A stretch of 64,000 bases of DNA from Gemmatimonadaceae bacterium (GCA_019637445.1 JAHBVS010000001.1:529586-593585), one strand, 5' to 3'; numbered from the stretch's first letter, positions 8,625 to 17,188 are shown. Notes: a model not told the origin generated them from the sequence alone. Translations and numbers: made by a program.

Positions 8625-9097
8625 AGGTCGACGTCCACCGGCGGGCCCAGGAAGCGGCAGCGCTCCCAGTGCGTATGGAAGACGGACGGATGCCGATTGC
8701 CGGCGTCCTGCAGGCGCGCGTGCACGAACTCGTGCCGCCACGCGGCGTGCTCGTCTAGGCTCGGCCGCACGACGACCATGTGCGCGTCGCGGAAGTAGAA
8801 GCCCATCCAGAGCAGCGCGCTGTGGGACTCGAGCCAGCCGGGAGTGCCAGGCGGCACGCGCCAGAGGCGCAGCGTGGTGTCCGGGCTCTCGTCGAGACCG
8901 ACGCAGCGCATGACGTCGCGCCACTCCGCCTGGATGGAGTCCGTCCACGGGATCTGCTCGCCGCCGTAGAGCTGGACGGGCAGCGGCGCGATGTAACCGC
9001 GAGGCGTCAGCATGCCGGCGAGCACGAGCAGGATCAGTCCTGTGCCGAGGACCTTTGCGACACGCTGCCGGCGCGCGCGATCGGGGCTAGTGGCCAT
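8621..9097 (-). CDS. Membrane-anchored putative zinc metallopeptidase (HExxH)
   Basis: N-terminal basic stretch plus hydrophobic helix VLGTGLILLVLAGML; WRHEFVHARLQDAGNRH. Confidence 0.65.
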   Translation of the reverse strand: MATSPDRARRQRVAKVLGTGLILLVLAGMLTPRGYIAPLPVQLYGGEQIPWTDSIQAEWRDVMRCVGLDESPDTTLRLWRVPPGTPGWLESHSALLWMGFYFRDAHMVVVRPSLDEHAAWRHEFVHARLQDAGNRHPSVFHTHWERCRFLGPPVDVDL

Positions 9098-9614
9098 TGG
9101 CGATCTCCTGGCGCACGCGCTGCATATCGTCGGTCGGCTGTTCGTGCCTGAGCAGACCACTCCCCTGGGCTCGCACGCGCTTGAGGACCTCGTCGGCCTC
9201 CGGGGCACAACCGAGGACACCCGAAGCCCACCCGATTAGCTCGGAGATCACGCCGATCAGCCGCTGCCGCTGGGTCCGGAGCTCGTGGTCGCTCGTCGCG
9301 AACGCGCGCTCCTTCGCCTCGACCTTCTCTAGCAACGCCGCCTTCTCCGCCTCGGCGACGTCGCGCCACCACTGCTGGCGCTCGGCCTCGCGCAGCGCGG
9401 CCGCGATGAGCTCGCGCCGCGGCGGAATCACGTTGCCGGCGGCGCAGTCCTTCGCGGAGTCCAGCAGCTGCCGCTCCATCGCGTCTTCCGGGTGCGGCAT
9501 CGGCGGCATCACCGCGCGCGCGGAGCGGTCCGCCTCGAGCGCGAGCTGCGCGAGGTCGATGTGCAGGACCGACGGCGCGCCGTTGGTCAGGTAGTCGATC
9601 GCGGGCGCGCTCAT
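9087..9614 (-). CDS. Hypothetical coiled-coil phage protein
   Basis: ATG overlaps upstream stop (ATGA). Confidence 0.65.
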   Translation of the reverse strand: MSAPAIDYLTNGAPSVLHIDLAQLALEADRSARAVMPPMPHPEDAMERQLLDSAKDCAAGNVIPPRRELIAAALREAERQQWWRDVAEAEKAALLEKVEAKERAFATSDHELRTQRQRLIGVISELIGWASGVLGCAPEADEVLKRVRAQGSGLLRHEQPTDDMQRVRQEIANGH

Positions 9615-9949
9615 GCGGAGACCCTCCGGCCGCACCGCGGCTCGAAGCGCAGGAGCAGTCGGCCCGTCGTGCGGTCGATGTGCTTCTGGATGCCGAGGAT
9701 GTCGTGCGTGAAGTCGAACGCCGGCAGCGTGATCAGGCGCTCGAGGTCCAGGGGCGCATCGTTCGCCATGACGGCGGCGAGATCCATCTCCAGGCTCGTC
9801 TGCGGATCCACGGCCCCGGTGTCGGCCGTTAGGTCGACGATCCCGTCACGGACGGCTCGGCGCGCAATCGCGGCGATCACCGCGTTGTCGTCGGCGCTCA
9901 CGTTGAAGCTGACCGGGCGCCGGCGGCGCTTCTTCGTCGCGGCGCTCAT
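9611..9949 (-). CDS. Conserved phage protein (DUF6874-like)
   Basis: LEMDLAAV...PLDLERL...FDFTHDILGIQKHIDRTTGRL..F.PR motif. Confidence 0.7.
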   Translation of the reverse strand: MSAATKKRRRRPVSFNVSADDNAVIAAIARRAVRDGIVDLTADTGAVDPQTSLEMDLAAVMANDAPLDLERLITLPAFDFTHDILGIQKHIDRTTGRLLLRFEPRCGRRVSA

Positions 9950-10479
9950 GCGGTAGCCCTCACCGGCAGCGCCATCGCCTGCAGGCGCAGCGCGCGTGCC
10001 CGCTCAGACATGGTGGCGGCCACGCGTGCGCAGAGATCGGCTTCCTCGTAGAGGCCGGCGGTGGTCGCGCCGTTCACGCGGCGGCGCATCTGCAGCACGT
10101 CCTCGTCGGCGTCCATGCGCTGTTCCTCCAGGTCGATGGCATCGAGGGAGCGCGGGACCGCCCCCGCGAGCTCGAAAGCCGTCTCGTACAGGACCTCCGC
10201 GAACCGCAGCAGCTCGGCGAGGTTCGCCCCCGACCGACGGAGCCGCTCCATCTGGTGCATCACCACCGCCAGCGCCGACTGCCCCGCGTAGGCCTTGCTG
10301 TGCGCCTTGTCCAGCTGGTGGTCCCGCCCGCCGGCGTGCAGCGCGCGCCGCACGGCGCCCCGCTTCATCACCGCGGCGTAGGCCCGCCGGACCACGGCGT
10401 CGCAGTCCCCCACGAACCGCACCGCCTCGCGCATCGCGCGGCGTCCTGCAAAGCCACCCGCCTCCGTTGCTCGCGCCAT
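9946..10479 (-). CDS. Hypothetical helical phage protein, possibly regulatory
   Basis: AGGAGG 5 nt before ATG 10479; stop overlaps next ATG. Confidence 0.65.
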   Translation of the reverse strand: MARATEAGGFAGRRAMREAVRFVGDCDAVVRRAYAAVMKRGAVRRALHAGGRDHQLDKAHSKAYAGQSALAVVMHQMERLRRSGANLAELLRFAEVLYETAFELAGAVPRSLDAIDLEEQRMDADEDVLQMRRRVNGATTAGLYEEADLCARVAATMSERARALRLQAMALPVRATA

Positions 10480-10555
10480 CCCCGCCTCCTGGTCAATCGT
10501 CCGGTATGCCCTGTGCCCTGCCCTGCCCATCCGATGCCCGCGCTCCACCACGCCG

Positions 10556-10759
10556 CTAGGCGGCGGGGAGTGCGGGAGTGTTCTGCTTGCGCTTGAATCG
10601 CTCGACGTCGCGCGAGATCGCGGCGTACATGAAGGCGCTGCGCGTGAGGCCCTTGGCCTTGGCGGCCGCGTCGAGGTCCTCGACCTCATCCACTGGGTAG
10701 CGGAAGGTGAGGATCGCGCCCAGTCCCTTGCGCTTGCGACGGGTGACGTTGGCTGACAT
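10556..10759 (-). CDS. Ribbon-helix-helix (Arc/CopG-like) regulator in the Cro position
   Basis: ILTFRYPVDEVEDLDAAAKAKGLTRSAFMYAAI fits the RHH pattern; divergent from repressor. Confidence 0.8.
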   Translation of the reverse strand: MSANVTRRKRKGLGAILTFRYPVDEVEDLDAAAKAKGLTRSAFMYAAISRDVERFKRKQNTPALPAA

Positions 10760-10805
10760 TGTCCCTACGAGTGCAGAGGTAATACCTACCGTCAAGCTCT
10801 GGCCA

Positions 10806-10834
10806 AGAATATGGCCGGACCTTTACGGTGTCAA
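10806..10834 (-). promoter_or_regulatory. Strong leftward early sigma70 promoter
   Basis: TTGACA-N17-TATTCT on - strand, 46 bp upstream of the RHH ATG. Confidence 0.8.
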
Positions 10835-10874
10835 GCCCTGCCCGATTCCAGGAGCTCGGTTGACCTCACAGGAC

Positions 10875-11333
10875 ATGTTGGTAGAGCAGGCGCGGCAGGC
10901 AGCGCGCAGGGCGGTGGACGGTTCGAGCCTTCGGCGCGTGTCGTCCGAGATCGGCATCTCGCACCAGACGCTGGCCGACTTCATCGCCGCTGGCTCAACG
11001 CGAAGCCCGTACGGATCGTCGAGGGAGAAGCTGTTGGCATGGGCGCGGGCCAACGGCGCGCGCGAGCCCGGGGCTGATCAGCTGAACTTCTACCGCGGGA
11101 AGCAGGAAGCGCTGATGGGCATGATGCAGTACATCGTCTCACAGCAGGCGGAGATCGGAGCCTTCATGGACCGACTCCGTTCAGGAGAACCGGAGGATGA
11201 GCGACGGCCACGCCAGCGCACCCACGAGGAGCTCAGCCGAGAAGTCGAAGGTGCTGAAGCTGACGCCGAACTTCTTGCTCGACTGCAGTCTCTGCAGAAG
11301 TCCGCTGAGAAGAAGGGGAAGAAGCGGGCGTGA
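10875..11333 (+). CDS. XRE-type HTH repressor candidate (no S24 peptidase domain)
   Basis: SLRRVSSEIGISHQTLADFIAAG HTH, divergent from RHH gene. Confidence 0.78.
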   Translation: MLVEQARQAARRAVDGSSLRRVSSEIGISHQTLADFIAAGSTRSPYGSSREKLLAWARANGAREPGADQLNFYRGKQEALMGMMQYIVSQQAEIGAFMDRLRSGEPEDERRPRQRTHEELSREVEGAEADAELLARLQSLQKSAEKKGKKRA

Positions 11334-11678
11334 GGACTAGCGGCTCGAGGGCGCCGGTGTTGAGGGCCACCAGGATGGCGCCGTAGTCGAGGTCACGTCG
11401 ACGCGACTGCACGAACGGCGGATGGCCTGGCATTCGGTCCCAGCGCACGAGATCCTCGGCGCGAATCTTCAGCACCGGCACATCATCCACCGCCCGCAGC
11501 CACAGCCTCGTCTCCGCCATGCCCCTATCCTCGCCTGTCGCCCCTGTTTCGGAATCCGTTCGGTAATGTAGCTGCCGTGGGGAGCCTCGCAACCTGACCT
11601 AGGGCGACTGGTTTCGGCACGTGACCTGCAGCACATTGGCGCAGATACACACCAAACCCTTCACTTGTTCGAGGGCTC

Positions 11679-12317
11679 ATGCGAATCCGTGGCATCGCGC
11701 TCCTAGTCACGCTAGCGGCGGCTGCCGACTCGGCGACGAGCCAGGACGCGCGCTCGTGGCTCGACCGCTACGACAACGGCGGCCGCAGCAGTGGTAGAGG
11801 CGCGGATGAACGCATTGCGGGCTACCACGCCGTGAGTGGACGCGCGTTCCAAGCGGCCGGAGCAAGGACCCGCGGCGGCTGGCCGCAAGTCGTTCTGCGC
11901 GCGCTCTACGCCGACACGCTTGTAGAGGTGCAGGTCCCACTTGGCGACTTCGCGCCGTGGCTCGAGTCCGCAATCGACAGCTTTCTCGTCGCGAGCGCCC
12001 CGAAGGCTGGACGGGTTGTTCCGATTCGACTCGGTGAGCCCGCGGTAGACGACGTGCACGAGCGAGCCTTTGGCGCTGCACGCTACGTGAGGCCCGACAG
12101 CAGTGAGACGGTCGTGCTGTTCTTCTTTGACTTCGACGACGAGCTCGACTTCAAGGTCGAGATGTCGCCGGCGGACTTCGTGATCATCCTGGGGTTGCTC
12201 GCCGATGCCGGCGATGCCGCCGATGACCTCGCCGCCGTCGATCGGACGATCCCCTACAGAACGATGCGCGAGCGCCTGCGCCGACTCGGCGCCGCCCGAT
12301 TGCATCCAGAGGAGTGA
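11679..12317 (+). CDS. Secreted/periplasmic hypothetical accessory protein
   Basis: Signal-peptide-like N-terminus MRIRGIALLVTLAAAADS. Confidence 0.65.
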   Translation: MRIRGIALLVTLAAAADSATSQDARSWLDRYDNGGRSSGRGADERIAGYHAVSGRAFQAAGARTRGGWPQVVLRALYADTLVEVQVPLGDFAPWLESAIDSFLVASAPKAGRVVPIRLGEPAVDDVHERAFGAARYVRPDSSETVVLFFFDFDDELDFKVEMSPADFVIILGLLADAGDAADDLAAVDRTIPYRTMRERLRRLGAARLHPEE

Positions 12318-12321
12318 TCCG

Positions 12322-13380
12322 ATGAGTGGCATCATGGAGCGCGTAATCGACGAGACTCCCGTCGCGATCATCGACTTCGAAACCACGGGCCTCTCGCCCA
12401 AGTCACTGTGTAGAGTGGTTGAGGTGGCGGTGGTCCGGGTGAATCCCAATGGTGGCCACCACGTCGTGTACGACTCGCTGGTGGATCCTGGCGGGCCCGT
12501 TGCCTGCTCCAGCATTCACGGCATCTTCGACGAAGACGTTGTCGGAGCTCCGTCGTTCGTCGATGTCCTCGAGCCGCTGGCAGCCGCGCTCCGCGGGTGC
12601 GTCGTGCTCGCATTCAATGCCTCGTTCGACATGGCGTTCCTCCACTCCGAACTGGCCTTCGCGCTCAAGCGATCGGAGTCGCCGCTGCGGGTGCCGTACG
12701 GCTGCCTGATGTATATGCGCCCCGCCATCGGCATTGGGCCGCGCTGCGGGCTGCACGACGCCGTCTCTCACCACGACATCCCAGCGCCGGACCATCGCGC
12801 CGCACACGACGCGCTCGCCGGCGCACTGCTGTGGCAAGTCTATCGAGAGCACATGCGCGCGCGCGGCATCCGCACGTTCGGCGATCTCGCGGCGCGGAAG
12901 CACTACAAGTTCATGGAGAGCTGGGAGTTCGATCCGCTGCGTGGTGATGCCCTTGGGGACGTCGCGGTCCCCGCGAGCCGACTGCACTCGAAGCCACGCG
13001 TCACGCCGATCACGTACCCCGACCACGATGCAGTCGCAGCGGTGCAAGAAGCCGCTGCAGCGGAGCACTCGAATCGAGTGCGCCGGCGCGTGCGCGCGCT
13101 CCGCATCGGCGGCTATGCCCATGCACTGGTGGACGCGTTCGCGGATGCCATCATGACGCCGGAAGAGTTCCACTCCCTCGAGCGACTGCAGCGCGAACTC
13201 GAGCTCACTCCCGGCGAGATTCGGTCGGTGCATGCCGACTTCTACTCGGCGGTCTTGATGACATGCGTCGAGGATGGGTTCGTCTCGCACCAGGAGTCGA
13301 AGAACATCGCCGAGGTTGGCAGCATTCTTCGGGACCTCGGCTGGGCACCGGGCGATAACAGCGCACCCGCCGCGCCGTGA
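12322..13380 (+). CDS. DEDDh 3'-5' exonuclease (DnaQ-like) fused to TerB-like domain
   Basis: IIDFETTG, AFNASFD, HRAAHDA; C-terminal tandem DAIMTPEE / DGFVSHQE helical motifs; GAGGAG RBS. Confidence 0.85.
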   Translation: MSGIMERVIDETPVAIIDFETTGLSPKSLCRVVEVAVVRVNPNGGHHVVYDSLVDPGGPVACSSIHGIFDEDVVGAPSFVDVLEPLAAALRGCVVLAFNASFDMAFLHSELAFALKRSESPLRVPYGCLMYMRPAIGIGPRCGLHDAVSHHDIPAPDHRAAHDALAGALLWQVYREHMRARGIRTFGDLAARKHYKFMESWEFDPLRGDALGDVAVPASRLHSKPRVTPITYPDHDAVAAVQEAAAAEHSNRVRRRVRALRIGGYAHALVDAFADAIMTPEEFHSLERLQRELELTPGEIRSVHADFYSAVLMTCVEDGFVSHQESKNIAEVGSILRDLGWAPGDNSAPAAP

Positions 13381-13595
13381 TCCGCCGGATCCGGACCTAC
13401 GGGGGCGAGGGCGCGGGATCCCTGCTCGAGGTGGAGGGGCACGCCCGGGTGGGGGATCTCATCCGGGTGCCGCTGAAGGACCGCCCTGGCCACGTGGCCG
13501 AGTACGAGCTCGCACGGGATCCCAACGACACCAGCGGCACCGGCCTCTGCCTGGTCTGGCTGCGGGTGGTGGAGACGGAGCGAGAGCGCGCGTGA
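13377..13595 (+). CDS. Small hypothetical protein (72 aa)
   Basis: GTGA overlaps at both ends. Confidence 0.6.
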   Translation: MIRRIRTYGGEGAGSLLEVEGHARVGDLIRVPLKDRPGHVAEYELARDPNDTSGTGLCLVWLRVVETERERA

Positions 13596-14725
13596 GTCCC
13601 GATCCGTTCTTCAAGGGTGTCAAGGAGTGGGGCCACTACAAGCACCGCATCCTCTCCAAGTACCTGACTATCTGGGTGCGCAAGCTCGGGTCACGGCACA
13701 AGACGCTCGCCTTCGTCGACTCGTGCGCCGGGTCCGGGTACTACGACGACGACACGGCAGGGTCCCCAATCATCGCGGCGCGCCTGAACGACGCGCCCGA
13801 CCGCGGCAATCACGCGCGGGTGATGGTCTTCGCCTGCGAGCAGAACGATGAGAACTACGCGCGGCTCGCCACGGCATTGCGGCCGTGGATCCAGCGGTCG
13901 CCGCAGCTCGCGGATGCGCTTCACGGCCCGTTCCAGCTTTTCCTCGAGTCGATCGTGCAGGTCACGGAGCGCTGGCCGACGTTGTTTTTCATCGACCCGT
14001 ACGGGATGAAGGACGTGAGCATCGACGCCCTCACACCGATCCTGGAGAACCAGAGCGCGCGCAAGGAGCTCATCGTGCGGGTGCCGCCCGGCATCCTCAG
14101 CCGCTGGTGGGGGCGCCTGCAGGAGCGACCGACCAGCGAGCGCCACGCGCGCGAGCTCGACGCCTTCCGCCGCAACCTGGAGGCGTGCAACGTCGACCCG
14201 GCGTTCGCGGAGATGTTGAAGTCCGCCGAGTTCACCGGCGCGGACCGGCAGCAGGCCTTGCTCGAGCGCTACCTGGTCCCGATCTACGAGCGCTTCCGCT
14301 GGGTGCAGCTCGTGCCGATCAAGGCGACGTTCACCGGCGCGCCGCGCTACTTCATCCTGCACGCGACCGACAGCCCCGATGGCTGCGCCTACCTCAACGA
14401 CGTGGCGAGCGCGCTGCGTGACGAGCTCTATGCGACCACGGAGCAGCGGCGCGATGCCGCGCTGGGACAGGGCAGCCTCTTCGGGCCGCTGCCGGCGCCG
14501 CGCACCGTCTCGATGCGCGAGCTCGAGGAGCTGCTGCTCGAGGAGCTCCGGCACACCGGCGGCGCCCCATGGATCGAGCTGCGCGCCATGCTCGCGTCGG
14601 TCTTCGGCCCGGAGTTCCGGAAGAAGGACCATGTGCAGGCTCTACGACATCTCGTGTCGCGCCACCAGGCCCGGCCCTTCGAGGGCGCAGAGCCCGAGGA
14701 CCGCGAGACCGTCACGCCGGCCTAG
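13592..14725 (+). CDS. Three-Cys-motif partner protein (TcmP), SAM-dependent methyltransferase-like fold
   Basis: KHRILSKYL, FVDSCAGSG, GSPIIA, FFIDPYG; paired with DUF5131 gene. Confidence 0.85.
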   Translation: MSPDPFFKGVKEWGHYKHRILSKYLTIWVRKLGSRHKTLAFVDSCAGSGYYDDDTAGSPIIAARLNDAPDRGNHARVMVFACEQNDENYARLATALRPWIQRSPQLADALHGPFQLFLESIVQVTERWPTLFFIDPYGMKDVSIDALTPILENQSARKELIVRVPPGILSRWWGRLQERPTSERHARELDAFRRNLEACNVDPAFAEMLKSAEFTGADRQQALLERYLVPIYERFRWVQLVPIKATFTGAPRYFILHATDSPDGCAYLNDVASALRDELYATTEQRRDAALGQGSLFGPLPAPRTVSMRELEELLLEELRHTGGAPWIELRAMLASVFGPEFRKKDHVQALRHLVSRHQARPFEGAEPEDRETVTPA

Positions 14726-15468
14726 GCCCGCAGGAGCTCGCGCGGATACTCGTCCCAGGTGCGGCCGTCGAGCTCACGCCCACCCGCCTTGGGTGTGAAG
14801 CCGCCCCACTGCTTCCAGAAGAAGGCGACACCTGCGCGCTTGCACATGTCGCGCAGCTCCCGGGCCCAGGCGATATCGACGGGCCGCGCGCCGGCGCCGC
14901 TCTCGCCGCCGCCAATCACCCAGTCGATGCCGGAGACGTCGAGCTCGGCCAGCGAGCCCAGCAGCGGCTCAGCGCTGATGAACTTCACGACGGCCGGAAC
15001 ATCACGCAGTGCATCCGCGCGCCGCGCGACCCGCATGTCCTCGATCGACGTGCCCATCCAGATGTTCGGGGTCCAGTCGAGTTCATCGCCGAGCCGCGCG
15101 GCCCGCTCCGGCCGCTTCGTCAGCACCTGGAACTGGTGCTGCGGGCACGCATTCATGACCTCGAACACCATGCGGATCTGTTCAAGGCTGAAGTGCGCGT
15201 GGAAGACGTCGCTCATGGAGTTCACGAAGACGCGGCGCGGCTCCCGCCACTTGAACGGCACCACTAGGCGCTCCTCCCAAAACCGGGGCGCGAAGGGGTC
15301 GTTGCGATTTGCCTCGGTGTCCTTCACCGGCGGGTGCGCGAGATAACGATGGCGCGTGCGCCGCTGCGCGACGACGTGGGCGTAGCAGTTGTCGCACCCC
15401 GCCGAAATCTTCGTGCACCCGGTCATCGGGTTCCAGACTTCGTCGGTCCATTCGATGGCAGTGGGCAT
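14722..15468 (-). CDS. DUF5131 (phage Gp37/Gp68) three-Cys radical-SAM-like protein
   Basis: WNPMTGCTKISAGCDNCYA, VFVNSMSDVFH, LTKRPER, SAEPLLG, GGESG, FFWKQWGG. Confidence 0.93.
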   Translation of the reverse strand: MPTAIEWTDEVWNPMTGCTKISAGCDNCYAHVVAQRRTRHRYLAHPPVKDTEANRNDPFAPRFWEERLVVPFKWREPRRVFVNSMSDVFHAHFSLEQIRMVFEVMNACPQHQFQVLTKRPERAARLGDELDWTPNIWMGTSIEDMRVARRADALRDVPAVVKFISAEPLLGSLAELDVSGIDWVIGGGESGAGARPVDIAWARELRDMCKRAGVAFFWKQWGGFTPKAGGRELDGRTWDEYPRELLRA

Positions 15469-15581
15469 CGCGCGTACTCGCGTTCGGGGGAAGGCCGCTC
15501 GGCCATCAAGTAGACGAATAGACGCCGAATCCGCAATTCCCTACCCCGGCACCGCGCTTCTCGACCCGCCACCCCCGCCCC

Positions 15582-15610
15582 TTGCATTTTACCGTTAGAG
15601 GTATTATTAT
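15582..15610 (+). promoter_or_regulatory. Sigma70 promoter of toxin-antitoxin pair
   Basis: TTGCAT-N17-TATTAT in an AT-rich gap. Confidence 0.75.
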
Positions 15611-15637
15611 CAATGCACACCCTGAACGAGGTGAGCA

Positions 15638-15898
15638 TTGAATGAAAGGCCGCTGTACCCCAAGCAGATCTTCTACTCGGAGCACGCAGCCGAGCGGATG
15701 GTCGAGCGAGGGTTCTCCAGCGAGGATGTGCGGCGCATCCTCTTCACCGGCGACGTTGCGGTGAGTTCGTACCAGCCGCCGAAGGGGCCGAGGCGACACG
15801 CTCGGCAGTTGGTCCTTCGAGGTCATCCCGCAAAGGTCGTCTTCGTTATCTGGCCCACGCGGTACGACATCATCACGGTGGAGTGGGTGACCGAATAG
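15638..15898 (+). CDS. DUF4258 (BrnT/RelE-like) toxin candidate
   Basis: YSEHAAERMVERGFSSEDVRRIL...IITV; TTG start with GAGGTG RBS. Confidence 0.78.
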   Translation: MNERPLYPKQIFYSEHAAERMVERGFSSEDVRRILFTGDVAVSSYQPPKGPRRHARQLVLRGHPAKVVFVIWPTRYDIITVEWVTE

Positions 15899-15990
15899 GT
15901 CACCCGCTCCTCCGGGAGCTCGCCTCGTTCAGGCACGTCGCAGCAGCACTCACGTTAGGATCACCATCTGCAGCACCAGGAGCGACCGCT

Positions 15991-16458
15991 ATGGCCAACA
16001 CCAAGCAGACCGCGCGGAAGCGCACGCGCAGCATCGCGCCCAAGAATGCCCAGACCGCGAAGGCGCCGCGGATGTCCTACGACCCCGCCGTCGACGCGGC
16101 CGCGATTGTCTTCGTGGCCAAGCCGCACGGCCGCCCCGTCACGCGCGAGCTCGCGCCCCACATCCGCGCCGACTACGTGGGCGAGCAGCTCGTCGCGTTC
16201 GAGATCCTGGACGCCTCAGCGATCCTGCCGTTGCAGGTCCTGCAGGCGATGGGACCGGCGGGGGCCATGCTCACCATCCTCGAGGCGGCAGCGGAGACCA
16301 GGCGCGAGCCGCAGACCATCCGCAAGGCGATCGCCGCCGGCAAGATCGTCGGCGCCGAGAAGGACGGCCGCGACTGGCGCGTGCCCCGGCACGCGCTGCT
16401 CAACTACATCGAGCAGCTCAAGCCGGCGGGACGGCCGCTCAAGTCTGCGGCGCGTTGA
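15991..16458 (+). CDS. DUF2283 antitoxin fused to excisionase-type HTH, with H3-like basic N-tail
   Basis: YDPAVDAAAIVF...DYVGEQLVAFEILDAS then LTILEAAAETRREPQTIRKAIAAGKI...WRVP; AGGAG 8 nt before ATG. Confidence 0.8.
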   Translation: MANTKQTARKRTRSIAPKNAQTAKAPRMSYDPAVDAAAIVFVAKPHGRPVTRELAPHIRADYVGEQLVAFEILDASAILPLQVLQAMGPAGAMLTILEAAAETRREPQTIRKAIAAGKIVGAEKDGRDWRVPRHALLNYIEQLKPAGRPLKSAAR

Positions 16459-16543
16459 ACCGACCCGCACCTTCGGCGTCGCTTCGGCGGAAGGCTCGAG
16501 AGCCGCTTGCGGAGGCGGCGCCCGGAGACGACACTTCCCCCGG

Positions 16544-16837
16544 ATGAAGAGCGTCTTCGCTGTCCTCGCCGCCGAGCATCCTGAGAAGCTCGCTCAAGCG
16601 ATCACCGCCAAGTTTCCCGACGACTCGCTCGAGCTCGACCGGGGACAGTGGCTCGTGTCCTCAGACGGCACCTCCCAGCATGTCTGCGAGCGCATCGGTA
16701 TCATCGAGAAGAACGCCGAGGGAGTGATCCGCAAGGGCTCGGTCGGCAGCGCCCTCGTGGTCTCCGTCTCGGGCTACTACGGTGTGAAGTCGTCGAACCT
16801 CTGGGAGTGGATCAGGGCGCACTGGGAGACTGCGTAG
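16544..16837 (+). CDS. Small alpha/beta protein, possibly ferredoxin-like (Cas2/VapD-like) fold
   Basis: 97 aa; QWLVSS...ALVVSVSGYYG...LWEWI pattern; coupled to next gene. Confidence 0.55.
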   Translation: MKSVFAVLAAEHPEKLAQAITAKFPDDSLELDRGQWLVSSDGTSQHVCERIGIIEKNAEGVIRKGSVGSALVVSVSGYYGVKSSNLWEWIRAHWETA

Positions 16838-17187
16838 TGGGCCGGCGACCGAAGAGCGGCGAGCATCCTGCCCAGTCGGTGCCAACGGCACCCACGTCTT
16901 TTCCTCAGACGCCTCCCCCGCCGGTCGGCGCCGACCTGAGCGGCTGGGTACTCACGGCCGTCAACCGTCTCGAGTCGTCGTCGGGCAAGATGGACGCGCG
17001 CCTCGACGCGATCGAGCGAGCGCTTGAGAAGCTCGACGGATCCATCGGGCGGGTGGAGTCCGAGATCAAGGGCCACGGGAAGTGGATGCACACACTTCAG
17101 GTCGTCGGCGGCATCATCGTACTCGTGATGAGCTGGACGTTCGTGAACGCCGTCTGGCCCTGGCTAAAGCCAAAGCTCGGACTCTAG
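16837..17187 (+). CDS. Coiled-coil protein with C-terminal transmembrane helix
   Basis: GTG overlaps upstream TAG; heptads then LQVVGGIIVLVMSWTFVNAVW. Confidence 0.65.
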   Translation: MGRRPKSGEHPAQSVPTAPTSFPQTPPPPVGADLSGWVLTAVNRLESSSGKMDARLDAIERALEKLDGSIGRVESEIKGHGKWMHTLQVVGGIIVLVMSWTFVNAVWPWLKPKLGL

Positions 17188-17188
17188 G

